From NCBI GenBank assembly GCA_964499325.1, contig CAZCKS010000002.1, positions 59 to 64,058 of the forward strand: 64,000 nt of DNA, in the 5' to 3' direction. Below are positions 34,359 through 47,600 of this stretch, piece after piece. Numbering within the stretch: position 1 is the first letter of the stretch; each line of letters starts with the position of its first letter. The notes under the pieces are model-generated. The model worked only from the letters and a program-made list of their open reading frames with translations, made no database searches and had not been told where the DNA came from. This stretch comes from an uncultured Bacteroides sp. (GTDB lineage Bacteria; Bacillota; Clostridia; Christensenellales; CAG-917). The position numbers were made by a program, and so were the translations under genes.

Positions 34359-35474
34359 CTATTTGTCTATTCTTGCTCCGCATTCTGGGCAGAACTTCAT
34401 GCCGCTCTTCACTTGCACACCGCATTTGGGACAAACAACGCTTGTGGGGGCGCCACATTCAGGACAGAACTTGCTTGAGGCAGAAACCGTTGCTCCGCAC
34501 TTGGCGCATTTTACGCCCTCTTGTCCCATTTTCGCTCCGCATTCTGGGCAGAACTTTGAATCATGCTTGACATTTGCGCCACAATTTGCGCATTTTACAG
34601 TCGGAGTGGTTGCATTGTCGAGATTTTGCACAAATTGATTGCCAACCTTTGTACCGACGCCCAAGCCGATACCCACTGCACCGAACATACCGCCTGCACC
34701 GGGGTTTTTCGCCGAGTCTCTCATTGCGCCAATCGACTCATATTGAGCATACTCGTTCATCTTGCCGTCAAATACTCCGAGAGTAGAACGCTTATCCATC
34801 GCCTTCTCCACTGTTTCGGGGAGTTTGAATCCGCGAACAATGACGTTGTCGATGTCAAGACCTATTTCATTGAACTTCTCCGCGACTTGTTTTGCCGTCA
34901 TTTCGCCTAATTCAAGGTAATTTGCGGCAAGTTCCAACGCAGGAATTTTGCACTCACCGAGCAAATCCGTAAGCGTTGCCGTGACAAGAGATTTGAGATG
35001 TTCCTCTATATCGCTTGTTTTATAAGAGCGAATTGTGCCAAAGCACTCTCTCATAAATACCTTTGGATCTTTGACGTGGAAGGAATATTCGCCATGTCCC
35101 GCAATGCGAATCATGCCAAAATCCTTATCGCGCATAATAATCGGGCTTGCAGTGCCCCATTTCATTTGCGTAAATCTCTTGAGGCTGACGTAATACACGT
35201 CGATGAGTTTTGGATTTTCAAAGGCATATTTCCAGTTGGCAATCTTCGTCAAAACGGGCGTTGAACCCTCGTCAAGTTTCCATTCCCCCTCTGTAAAGAC
35301 GTCGCAAATGGAGCCTTTATACACAAAAATTGCCGTTTGTGACGGTCTGACGACAAGTTGCGAGCCTTTCATAATGGCATATCTGTCATCGCAAACATAT
35401 TTATGCACTATCGTATTATTTGCATAATCTTCCCACTCAATGACTTTGAGCAGTTGTTTTTTAAACAAACCCAT
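34359..35474 (-). CDS. SPFH-domain protein with three C-terminal zinc ribbons, YdjI-like
   Basis: The ATG at 35474 (MGLFKKQLLKVIEWED) has a GGAGGG SD. The C-terminus carries CANCGAN..CPECGA, CAKCGAT..CPECGA and CPKCGVQ..CPECGA. Confidence 0.7.
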   Translation of the reverse strand: MGLFKKQLLKVIEWEDYANNTIVHKYVCDDRYAIMKGSQLVVRPSQTAIFVYKGSICDVFTEGEWKLDEGSTPVLTKIANWKYAFENPKLIDVYYVSLKRFTQMKWGTASPIIMRDKDFGMIRIAGHGEYSFHVKDPKVFMRECFGTIRSYKTSDIEEHLKSLVTATLTDLLGECKIPALELAANYLELGEMTAKQVAEKFNEIGLDIDNVIVRGFKLPETVEKAMDKRSTLGVFDGKMNEYAQYESIGAMRDSAKNPGAGGMFGAVGIGLGVGTKVGNQFVQNLDNATTPTVKCANCGANVKHDSKFCPECGAKMGQEGVKCAKCGATVSASSKFCPECGAPTSVVCPKCGVQVKSGMKFCPECGARIDK

Positions 35475-35507
35475 AACATCCCTCCGAGACATTATTCATT
35501 ATACGTT

Positions 35508-35535
35508 ATTATATCACAAGAAAGGAGAATTTCAA
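35508..35535 (-). promoter_or_regulatory. putative promoter of the SPFH/zinc-ribbon operon
   Basis: On the minus strand: TTGAAA (35530-35535), a 16-nt spacer ending in TGA, then TATAAT (35508-35513). This is an extended -10 configuration. Confidence 0.55.
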
Positions 35536-35582
35536 CACCTAATATCCACATTATCCCGTCTTAATAAAATTTTGTCGCGATT

Positions 35583-35621
35583 ACAAAAAGACAAAAGGCC
35601 CTGCTTGAGCAGAGCCTTTTT
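35583..35621. terminator. intrinsic terminator of the giant gene
   Basis: The hairpin AGGCCCTGC-TTGA-GCAGAGCCT (35596-35617) has T/A runs on both sides. It lies about 25 nt after the stop at 35643. Confidence 0.75.
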
Positions 35622-35642
35622 GCTTGTTAGCAATAATCTCGA

Positions 35643-38600
35643 TTATGCCTTCTTCCATGCACCGCCTTCGTAAGTGAGTGTGACAAGTGAGGATTTGACT
35701 TGGTATTCGGGGATAATTTGTCCTTTAACAACACCCGTTGCCACGTCGCTATCCGTTGCCTCTCTTGTAGTAACGATGTCACCGCTTGCGTCGATTACAG
35801 TACCGACTGCGGCATAGAGTTGATACACAACTTTTCTTGCACCGAATGTCGGCGGAAGGAGTGTTGTCTCTCTTGCACTTGAAAGCGTCACTGCATAAGA
35901 TGCAATCACTACTTGACCAGCCAAGTCATACACCGTTGCAGTACCAAACCAAGCGACAGGAACGTTATTCGTGCCGTATGTGAGGTTGAGTGCGGTTACC
36001 GTGGTGTCGCTCATCGTAATAGGAGCGGTTACCGTGGTGTTTGCAAGGTTTGTAGTGCTTGCAACCGCAATCTCAACGCTGATACGCTCTTGCGTGCCAA
36101 GTTGGATTATTGCGCTCTTGCCTGCGATATCGGACGTGATGCCTGATGCAGAAACAGTGTATTTGTACGATGCGGGCATCGAAACGAGCGTGTAGTTGAA
36201 TGTCTTCTCCGCTGTCGTTGCCGTTGTTGACATCGTTACAACGCCACCAGTATATGTCGGCTTATACACATTGAAGTTCACCTTGTAGGAAACGGGGAGT
36301 TTCAATGAGTTGGCGTCATACGGATTGATGACAAATTTCGCCGATGCTTTACCGTTTGAAACAGCACTTGACGTTGCATACGTTGACGTGTCGCTTACGT
36401 TGGTTGCAAATCTCTTTGTTGCCGTAGCGCTCTTATTGACGTTGTAATCAATACTTGAAACGACCATCTTTTGGACAAGGAACGGGATATCATAGTTTTG
36501 CACAACGCCGTCAATATCCGTGAGTTTTGCAGTGACGTAGATGACTCCGCCCTCATAACTCGGACGGAACTTGCTGAAGTTCCATGCGAGATTTTGAGTG
36601 GTGCTTGTCGTTGAATACGTACGATTTTCCGTTGCCGTAGTGCTGTTCGCCTTAAGGACAGTTACCGTCAAGGTGTTGGGCATTGTCGGCTTGACATAAT
36701 CGTAAGGATTGATGTAGGTTGACGTGCCGTTCCAACCTGTAAGCGCAGTAAGCGTGCTGTTTGAAACAACGCTTTGTACGCTTCTATTTCCGATTTGGAC
36801 GGTGAACGGAACCTTTTGTGCATTCATCTTGTTTCCGCTGTAGTTGTATTCGCCATCATAGTTGATAAGCGCATACGCCGTGAACGTTCCACCCGCATAG
36901 GAGAAGTTGACGCCACCAAAGTCCCAAACGACGGGAACCGTAGTTTCAACGCCGTCGATTGTGACCTTCATTTGAGTCGGGAAGTACGCATAGTTGCGGT
37001 CAAGTTCCTCGTCAGAGAGTTCGACATACTTATATTCCGTAGTGCCGTTTTCCGTCACCTCGACATATTTATACTTGCCGTCGAGGTTGTTCTTCTCATA
37101 ACCTGTTGTGGAAACGGTTGCTTCTTCATATCTGTCGCCGGTATAGCCGGACGCTCTCTTGAACACACCGCCGTCGACCGTTGAGAACGGATCGATGACG
37201 AATGCGTTGCTATTTGCACTCCAGAACTTGTTTTGAGTGCTATCGCCAAGGAGTGTGACGTCGTCTGCGGTTATCTTTGCACTCTTGATGTTGACAGCGA
37301 CCTCAACGCTTGCATTTGCGTTGTTGCCTTCCAATCTGCTGGTAGCGGTTGCCTTAACAGAGGTTGTACCGCCCTTGTAACCGTATTCCGCAGAAGAAGT
37401 ATTCCACTCTGCATTGAGCGTTTGCGTTGTCACATAGATGAATACGTACAAATCGTTGCCGTTTGCGTCCGTATATGTCTTGTTTTCGTCGTCGGCTTTG
37501 ACTTCGCCCGTGTACAATGTGTAAGTCTTTGTGCCGTTCTTGAGAGTGTACAATGCTGCTCCGCTTTCAAGTCCGCGTATATCGCCACAGCCGTCAACAG
37601 TATAGACGTTGTAGATGTCGTGACGTTTTGTATACGTGGAGTTGTATGTCGGCTTGCCAGCCTCCATCGTCTTGCCGTCCCACATCCAGTTGCGTACGGA
37701 GATAAATTGTCCGTCGACATAGTATGTGAACGTATCTGCGTAATTGCTTGTGTTGAAGACAGAGTCGCTTTCGCTTGCATACGGCGAGAATGAGTAGCGA
37801 TAGTCGCCAACAGACATGTTGTTGTATGCGATGTTGCTGTTGAATGCCGTAACCTTGGACGCTTTGACCTTGATCTTCATTTCAAATGACGGCATAACCT
37901 CGAATGCCTCGCCCTCTGCAACTTCTGCCGGGTTGACGTTCCATGTGCGGACAGTCATTGTCTTTTCGAGCGTCTTTGTAACGCTTTCCATATCTTCCGC
38001 CGTGGGTGCGCCCTCGTAAGTGACGTAGTAGACGCCCTTATCTCCGCTTGCAAATGTAAGTTGCATGTAGTGCGGCAAGTATTCGCCACCGACGTATGCG
38101 AAGTTGTTGTAAATCACATAGTCGGTAGGCATACCGCTGTCTTTATCGTAGACGATTTCGACATATCTACCGCTACCCTCTTCTTTTCCGATGAGGGTAT
38201 CGGTGATAGTTGAATATTTCGTATCGACGTGTTTTACCTCGAGGTTGGAGTTGGTGATAAGAATCTCGCCGTCAACAATCGTGCGGTCAAGCACCGTTAC
38301 CGGCACGCTGACCTTTTGTTTTGCAAGATAGTATCTCGTCTCATCTGCAAGTTCGCCCTCGAAGTCTTTGACTGCAACGTATTCTTTCTTGCCGTCGCCG
38401 TCTGCGTCAACGTATACGTAGTCGCCGTCTGCGCTCTCGATACCGACGATTGCCGTCGCTCTGTAAGAAGTGTTGCTCTTCTTGCTCTTGATGAGAGAAT
38501 CGACATAAGACCAATCGAAGTAGGCAAGCACGCCGTCCCAACTGCCTATGGTCGTAACCATAAGTTCGTTCTTAAGACCGCTTGCGTCGCTTGTGAGGAA

Positions 38601-41600
38601 TGTGTCGATGACAAGTGCACGATACTCGTAATCGCTGATGAACAAGATTGTTCTGTCGCCGATGACGATGTTGATCTTGCCTGTCTCGCTCATTGCGCTT
38701 GCTCCGCCGACATAGTTGTACGTGATGTCAATCGTGTACTTCTTGCCGAAGTATTTGGAGATATTCGCATAGAAGTCCGCATCGCTCTTGAGGTTGTTCG
38801 GATCGATTTGAGCAAGTGAGTAAGTGACGATTACGCCATCTGCCACGCCTGCAGTCGTATCAACCTTAAGTGCGCTACCACTCTTGAAGAACGTTGCGTC
38901 GCTTGCGCTCCAGTACGGATCGAATACGAACGGAGTCTTCTCGTCATATCCTGCAATACCAATGATACTTGCACCCTCGACGTTGACATTGACGTCAACA
39001 GTCGTTGTGAGATTTTCGCCCGTGATTGTGAGCGTCATCACACCACTGAATCCGTTGTTGTCGTAACTATCGCTCCAAGCAAGCGTTACGTTTGCGTTTT
39101 GTGCGCCGTCAAGTTTGACAACAGAATTTGTCGGCAATCCCTTGAAGAAGTCAACGCCCTTGCGCTCGATTGAGAATCCGTCTGCGTATGAGCCGTTGAG
39201 ACCTTCGAGAGTGAAGTTGTTGTTGATAGTGATATGTTGCGTGTAGGAGACAAGTTCGTCGACGTTTCCGCTTGCGCTGATTGTGACGTATGCTTGTCTT
39301 TCAAACCAGCCTTGCTTGATTTCGTCTGCCGTCGGCATAGACGTATCTGCCCACTTGAGCGGTACGTTATTATACGTCGTGCCGTTTGCAACAACCGTTG
39401 CGGTGTCTACGAATGTGAACGGAGCAAATACATTGTATTTGTCTGCTTGACCGTTCGGCGTGACCGTAACGTTTGCGTTGAAGTTGTCAAGGTACACTTT
39501 GGCTGTAAATTCGCCTGTGGACGGGTATCTGATGTCGGACTCGTCAAAGAAGTGATATTGACGTTCGACATACACACCGTTATCGTCCATTGCGATTTCG
39601 TCTCTTGTCGGTGAGGCGAGATTTGTCCAGTAGACAGCCGTGCTAATCGGGGCTTTGCCTTCTTTGAGCGTGACGGTTGCGCTTGCAGGCAAGTTCCAAG
39701 CCTCGAGCACATTGTAAGAGAGGTTGAGCGTGCTCGGCTCGTTGCCCTCTTGCGTGAGTGCGTTGCTACCGAATGCGAATGCTACGTTGGTAACTTCACT
39801 GCTCGGTGCATTGACATTGACCAAGACTTTGGTGTTGTTGCCGATGATTGCATAGACCGTCTTTTCAACGCCCGTTACGCCGATGTTGTCCACTCTCGAC
39901 GTCCAACCGTTTACGTATGCAAGGTAAGAGTCGCCTCTCTCGCCTGCGGTGAGTTGTACGTACGTCTTCTTCGCCATCTCGTACTTGAAGTCGCCGTCTT
40001 CAGCCTCCGTGAAGGAGTAGCGTGTGCCGCTGTATTCGCCTGCAATCAACACGTATTTCTTGCTGTCCGCGTCATATTTATACGTGCCGTTTACGCTTTC
40101 TGCAATGCTGTAACGCTTGCCTGAGTAGGTGCCCTTCTTGAGGTTGACAAGGACGATTGTTCCGTTGATGTCGCCCCATTCGCCACTTGTGAAGTATGCG
40201 GTGGAATCTTTCGCGAATGCGATAGGAGCGATACCGAATGCCTCGCCGTTTGCGATATGAGTTTGAGCATAAACCGTACCGGTGTAGTAATCCTTATCGG
40301 TGAGTTTGCTCTTGATTGCTTCTCTCTGCTCCGCACTCATCGAGTAGATGTCGCCGACCGTACTGTCATAGAAGAAGTTGACGGAAGCGATTTGTTGTTG
40401 CTCGACGTTGAGTTTGAGAGTGATTGTTTGTGCCTTAAGGACGGTGTTGCCGTCGCTGTCCTTTGTTTGGACAAGTCCGAGCGCGTTGCCGTCGCTGTCG
40501 TTATTCTCGTATACGTACGCGTCAACTTGAGCATAGATTGTACCGCCACTGTAAATGGATTGTTCCGCCTTGAGTGTGGTGCATCTTGCGTTGGTGTAGT
40601 ACTTGACCGTTGTCCAGTCAGGATACATCGTGTGCGTCGTATTGATGCCGAAGGATACGTTGAAGGACTTGTAGTCGTCGCCCTTGTACCACGTCGGATT
40701 GAATGTGTCTTCGTGTGCAACGTTAACGTTGACGGTGGTGGGAGCGGTCGTATCGATTGAGATTGGCAAGTAGTGTTCTTGCTTACCGCTGAATTCCGTA
40801 CCGATTGTGAACTTCGCATAGAGCGGATATTCGCCCTTGTAGCCGTCGTAAGTGATGTCGTTTTCGCCAAGAGCGTATTTGCCTGTTGCAGAAACGTACT
40901 TGTCATCGTCTATCTTGACAAACGGTGCTTCCACGCTCAACTTGTTGCCGACGCTTACCTTTTGAGATTCGTCAACGCCCTTGAAGTTGATGTCAAACGC
41001 ACTGCCGAGGCTTTGTGCCGTAATCTCTTTTGCGGAGTACGGATCGAATGTCACTGCGCCGTTGAGCGATGAGAATTCACTGCCCGTAACGATAATCTTG
41101 ACTTTGACTTCTTGTGCGAAGTTGCCTGTATACGTCTCTTCTTTGCCGACAAAGCCTACCGTTGTGGATGAGAGCGTCGTCTGGGTTACCGTTGTAGATA
41201 CCTTGAACATATTTCCGCCAAGTTTTGCCGTGACGGTTGCTTCAAGTCCCTTGTAGTAGTTGATTGTGCCGTCCTCGTTTCTCAATGCGTCGATTGCGCT
41301 GTTGAGTTCAGAGAGATCCCAATCAAGGTCCATTGTCGGAATGCTTGCACCCACAACATACTTGACTTGTGCCGACGTGAATGCGTCGATGTAAGAGGCA
41401 AGGTCGCTTGTAGCAAGGTCGAGTGCGCTAATCTTATAGATTGTGGTGTAGTTACCGTCATCGTCACGCTCGCTTGTGAAGTTTACTCTTGTGCCGTCAG
41501 CCTTGGTCATGTTGGTGAGGCGAGAAATCTTGTAGTTCTTTGCGGTGATTTCAAGCGTCTTGTTCACGGTGTTGCTATCGCCCCATTGATAGGAGTAGCC

Positions 41601-44600
41601 AACCTTGATGACGTTGTTTGCATCGCTTTCCTTCCAAGACGTATTGCCTTGCCAGTTGTAAGTGAAGTCGTCCGTATCCCAAGTGATTATGCCCGCCGGG
41701 AAGTTTCTGCCCTTGGGCATCTTGCTCAAGTCGATTACGCAATAAGTGATGTCTTCAAGTTCGACCGTCACATACTCTCCCTTTTCGTTGGTCTCAAGAC
41801 CTTGGATGTATGCCGGCAAGATATAGTACTTGTTGCCATCCTTATTGGTGTTTGCAGTTGCGGTGCCGTCGTCGATTTCGTCTTGCGAAGGTTGAGCCAA
41901 CATCTTGTAACCGCCGTTGCCGTCTCTGACCACCGCATACATTGTGCTACCCGTGCTGTCCGTTGCCACCGTACCGAAGGTATAAGTACCTGCCGAGAAG
42001 GAGATTTGGACAAGGTTCGGGAGTGTTGTTCTGAATGTCTTTGACGTGCTGTCAAGATCAAGGATGATGTCTTTTGCCTTGAAGCCCGTCACATTGCCGT
42101 TTGCATCCGTATTGGCGTCGTATGCCCTAATGCCCGTCTGATCAAAATCGTTGGTGACGTACACAGGGATTGCATAAAGCACCGTGTTGAGCGCATAGCC
42201 GTAGACATAGCCTGCCAGCCATCTGCCGTTGGTGTCGTTGTCGCGAGCAGCGGTGAGATTTACCGACGCAGCGTCCCAAACGATATGCGTACCCCAAGCG
42301 TCCATATACGGAGTGTCTGCATTATAACTGTGGTATCCGTTGCCGAACGTGACGTCCGCCATTTGCGGGAAGTATGTCTCATCGAAGAAGTAACTGTCTC
42401 TCAATGCAAACTCTTTCTCTTCTCCGCCCGAGTATACTGCCGTGCCTGTACGTGTTGCAGGATCCTTGATGACGATTTCCGTCGGAGCCTTTGTTTGACC
42501 GGAGATAGTCTCTGCGCTGTTTGAATCATCAAACGTCAACATACCCGTATAGTAATCGGAGTGTGTTGTGCTGTACGGAGTTATGCGCAGCATGAAGAAG
42601 TCCCAAGCGTTGTCGTTGATGTCCGTCGTAGTACCATCAGGTTGCAATCCATATTTGAAGTTGCCATAGGACGTTGACGTCTTGTTGTAAAGCATAGACG
42701 TACCGCTATAATTACCGTTGCTGTCCGGACCGGTCTTCTTGCCGTTGACCATGATTTCGATTGCTTGAACACCGGGTTGCATTGTGCAATTAGAGCAACC
42801 GTACTCGCTCGGAGTCGGGTCAAGGTCAATGTAGATGTTGATTGACGGGTCGATTTCACCGCTTGCAAACGGAATCGGGAGAATACCGCCGATAAGTTTT
42901 TGGATGTCAACGAGTGAATCGTTTGCAACGCTTCTTATGGTTCCCCAGTTTACCATCGAAATGTTAATTGCCGGTTCAACAAGGCAGACGATAACCCACT
43001 TCAAGAGTGTTGCAGGCAATGATCTTGCAAACGGCTCGACATACAATGCCTTTTCAGCCGTTGTTGCTCCGCGTTGTACAAGAGCGTCGAGACCGTCAAA
43101 GAACTTGGTGATTTCATCTGTGTTGCCAACAGAAGAAATTTGCGCTCCGCTCTTTGTCCAAGCGACCTTATCATCGCCGAGTTTCTCAACGTCTGCAAAG
43201 AACACTTCGCCGTCTTCGCCGTCAATACCCTCTTGCATAAGTCCCATAACAATGGTGGTTATCATAATAGCCAACTCGTTGTATGCGTCCTTATCGAGAG
43301 TCATCTTGATTGACATCTTACCGATACTGCTCGTGGAGATCGTGGCGCCGGAGTAGTACGGCCAATAACCATAATCGTTGAGGAGGTTTACGTCAAGGCT
43401 CTTGATGAGTCCGGACATATTTGCACTATATGTGTATGCCGTCTTCTTCTTGTTCCATCCGCTGGACGTGCTAGACAACTCGTTGTTGCCTGCGATGGTT
43501 GCATCATCGCTTGCGATGCTCGCCGAGGACGGATATGTGTATGTGCTGTTGTCTCCGTCAGTGCCACTTACCAAGCCGATGAGCGGATATTCCAATCCGA
43601 GCAATGACGTAAGGTCGATACAGTCAAGGAAGTCGCTAAGATTTTTAACCCAACTTATAAGTGTACCGTCAACGGCTATGTTCGTCAAGAATGCGTTGTT
43701 TCCGCCGATGATACCGACAAGACTGGTCTTTGATCTTTGGACACTTGCTCCGCTTGATGTGACGCCTTTTGCCGTCAAGTTGAGGCGGAGGTTGTATTTT
43801 TTACCACCGGACTCGTTCTCCACTTGGTTGGTGTAGAGATACTCTTTGAGCAAATCAAGCGTAATCGATGATGTTGCATGGTCACCCTTGACAGCAGATG
43901 ATGTTGACAAACCGTCCATCTTGGTGCCGTCCGCCATTGCTTGCCATACCTTGTTTTGGATGTTGATACTCAAGCCCGGGTTCAGGTTGTCGATGACGTT
44001 TTGGATGAGCGACATCATACCTGACGTGCTGGAGAAGGTCAAACCTGCATAACCTGCCTTGACAGAGTTGATTGTATCCTTGGATGAGAATGCCTCGCCT
44101 CTGAATGCAAAGTTGATGTCATTGATGCCAAGCGCAACACTTGTGCCAACGCTATCGAGGTCTGCGCCGAGGTTGATACTGTTCAAGCCCTTTGTAGACG
44201 TCATTATATCCAGCGATACTTGTTGGATGGGTGGCAAATCAACGCCGAGCATGCTCTTAAGGTCGAGATTGAGCATTGCAAGCAATGCGTCGATAACAGA
44301 TCTTTCAAGCGTGACGCTCATCTTGCCGTTTTCAATGCCGATGGAGAGTGCAAGTGCTTCGCTTGCGCTTGTGCTTGCACTCGTTGTGCCGTCTGCACTT
44401 GCCACAGCGTCTGTGGGCACTTGGTTGTACGGAGTTGCGCCGAGCAATCCGCTCAAACCTTGGAATTTGATCTTACCAAGACCGATACCGCTTGCGTCGA
44501 TGTAGATTGCGTCGGAGAATACCGTGCCGTCTTCATCTGTCAATTCCCAAGAGTTTCCGCTCTTCTTAAGTGCGGAAGAGCCAAGGTAATAGACGGAGAG

Positions 44601-47600
44601 TATCGTCTTGTTGAGTGTCTTGTCTTTTATTTCAAGCGCAATATCACTGTAGAGGATACCGCCGATACCATAAGTGATTATTGTGCCGAGATTGAGGTTT
44701 GCCTTGAGTGCAATGGTCAATTCAAGGATGTCTGCAGGCATTCTCAAATTGATGTCAGCCATCACAAACTTGTGCGTGCCAATCGTGCCCTCTTCCGCCG
44801 CAACGTAGGTCCTTGTCGCGCCGTCATAGTTGTACGTCTTGCCGGTGTATGAGGTCTTCTCTGCGCCTTCCAATTCTTCAAACGTACCGAACATAGACGT
44901 GCCGTCAAGCATAGTTGTGAGCAATTCCACAATCCAGTTTGCAAACGAACGGCTGTATTTGTCCTTATCGCCCTCCGGTGAAACCGTCGAGTCGGTTGAC
45001 AACGTTACGTCGATGTTTGCGGTGAAACCGATTGTCGGCAAGTTGAGACCGCTAAGGTCAATGCTACCGCCCTCGTTGATGAGGTTGTTGAGGTCAAGCA
45101 TGAGGATTGGCTCGCCGTAATCACTGCTGTTGAACGGACCGTATTTGCCGCTCATGTTAATCAACGTCTTGCTCATAGATGCGGCAGGAATATCCACGCC
45201 AAAGTACAATCCATCGCTGAGTCTGATGCTCAAACTTGTTCTTGTTGCGCCCGGCACGTACTTGTAATCGCCGTTTGCGTCATAGATGTAGTTGCCGTTC
45301 TCATATCTGAATCTCGAACCCTCGTAGGTTGCCTTTTCCGCATCCGTGAGTTTTTCGTATACTCTCGTCTCACCTCTCAAGAGGATGTCGCCGAGGTCGG
45401 GAAGGAGATTCTCGCTGTAATCGAGACCGCGGATTTGTTGTATCTTGCGATAGATAACATTGATAAGGTCAGCGTTGAGTTGGAGCAAGAGTTTTTGCGG
45501 ATTGACGGTTATCATCAAGTACGCATAATCTCTCATTGCGTCCTCAATCGTCTTGATGTCGCTTGCGTCGGATGTGCCTGCTTCACCCTCTTCCGTCACG
45601 GTGTCGTCCGTTTCGAGCATCTTGCCGAGGAGGCTGTAAAGCAATCCTGTCTTTCCGCCGAGGTTGAGACCGCCGATGCAAATCTTCGCGCTGTCGCCAA
45701 GGATACCTTGCAAGTCGATGTAGAGGTTGTCAACGCCGTTCTCTCTTACAAGGTAAATACCCATAAGAGTGGTTTCGCCGTCAATATTGCTGTTGCGGAC
45801 AATGCGCAAGCCAAGTTCTGCCATCCAGTTTTCAAGGTCAATGTTTGCGCTCAACTGCATCTTAAGGTATGCGTCGGTGTTATTACCTATTGCATTGGTG
45901 ATGAGAAGTTGCAACGACGAGCCTGAAATTGCACTGTTAGGATCGATAAGTCCGACAATGAGGTCAAGCAATTCGCTCAAATCAATGACGTTTGCGTTGT
46001 TTTGAGTGTTGCCGCTGCCGTACAACGAGATGTCGATTGACATATCGAGACCAAGTTTGAGCGTCTTGAGGCTGACGTATTTGTCATACGTCGGGTTGTC
46101 CTCTTCGTCCTTAACGATGTTGCCTTTGCTGTCTCTGTCTGCAAACGTCTCTGCCTTGTCAACGGAGAAGTCCTTGTTGAATCTTGCATAGAGACCGCCC
46201 ATCGTGATGGAGAGACGGAAGTCGCCTTGTTTGAGGTAGTTGCCTGCCGAATTCTTTGTGAATGTACCGGTGCTTGCGTCGTATGCGTATCTGTCGCCTG
46301 TCCATTGCGGGAATGCATAGGAGATAAGCGCATATTCGTCTGTTGAGACAAGCACATAGTTTGCATTGTCAAAGGATTTTGCAACGGTGTAGTTGCCGTC
46401 ACTGTCCTTTGTGAATGTTGTCATATTGCTCGTCCAAGTGATACCGTTGCCCCTGTTGATGTGAGAACCATTGGCGCCGTATTGTGCGTTGTATTCCTCA
46501 ACAGTGAGATAGAATTCGGTACCAACCTTGAAGCCGAGGTTAATGTCAATGCTCGGTTGATTGTTGTAGAGGTTGATTGTCAAGCCTGACGTGTCTTTGT
46601 CGTTGGTTGTGTAGAGTTTTGGCAAGAACTGTGCAATGCCTTGCAAAATCTCGCTATCGCTGTCTGCGAACATTGCCACAAGGTCTGCAAGCAATGTCTC
46701 GTTGAGACCGATTGTCACAAAGTCGTTTGCAATGAGCAATCTGCCAAGAACGAGGTTGACAACGCTCCAGATGTTCTCCGGCAATACGCCTGTATCGACG
46801 TTTTCGTCATCATCCACCGCCACGACTGCAGACGAAGAGGAATCTCCGCCAAGCAATGTGCCAAGGTTGAGACCGTTGATAACGCCGTAGGAGAAGAAGT
46901 CGCCCCAGCCAAGTTCTCTACCAATCTCTTCTGCGTCGAGCATCACGTAGAGTTTGCCACCGATTATCTCTGCCCAAAGTTTTGCGGTCGGAGGATCGAT
47001 GTTGCCGTGATAGTTGGTTGCATATTGAATTTCGAGATATATCTTTGCGCCTTCGAGGACATCGAGGATTGTTGCCTCTCCGTCACCTGCGAGCATTCTC
47101 AAAAGTCCTGCCGTTTGCAAGTACACCTTGAGGTCAAGATTGAGACCAATCGTACTTGTGAAGGACGTGTATGCGTCTTCCATTGAAGATGCAATGAAGT
47201 AGAGATAGTCGCAGATATTCTCGTCGTCGATAAATCTCGTAAGTTGATATGTCCAGTTGATGATGTCGCTCAACTTCATATTGATACCGACGGATGCGCC
47301 GATTTCAACACTGTTGAGGTCACCCAGCATAGATGCGATGTCAAGCGTTGCGCCGTTCAACAAATCATTGAGGTTGAGGTCGACAATCTTGGAGTAGTTT
47401 GTGAAGTCACTCGTCATCTTGTACGCTTTTTGCGGTGCGTTCGGATAGAAGTATTCACCGCTCGTATAAGATGCCGTCGTCACTTTGCTCGCAGTGTAAG
47501 TGGAGTACGTGTATGTGTTCTCGCCTACTTTCTTTGTGGTTTGCGTGCGTGTATAGAGCACTCCGCTGTAATTTGCGCCACTTGTGTATGCCGTGAAGCC

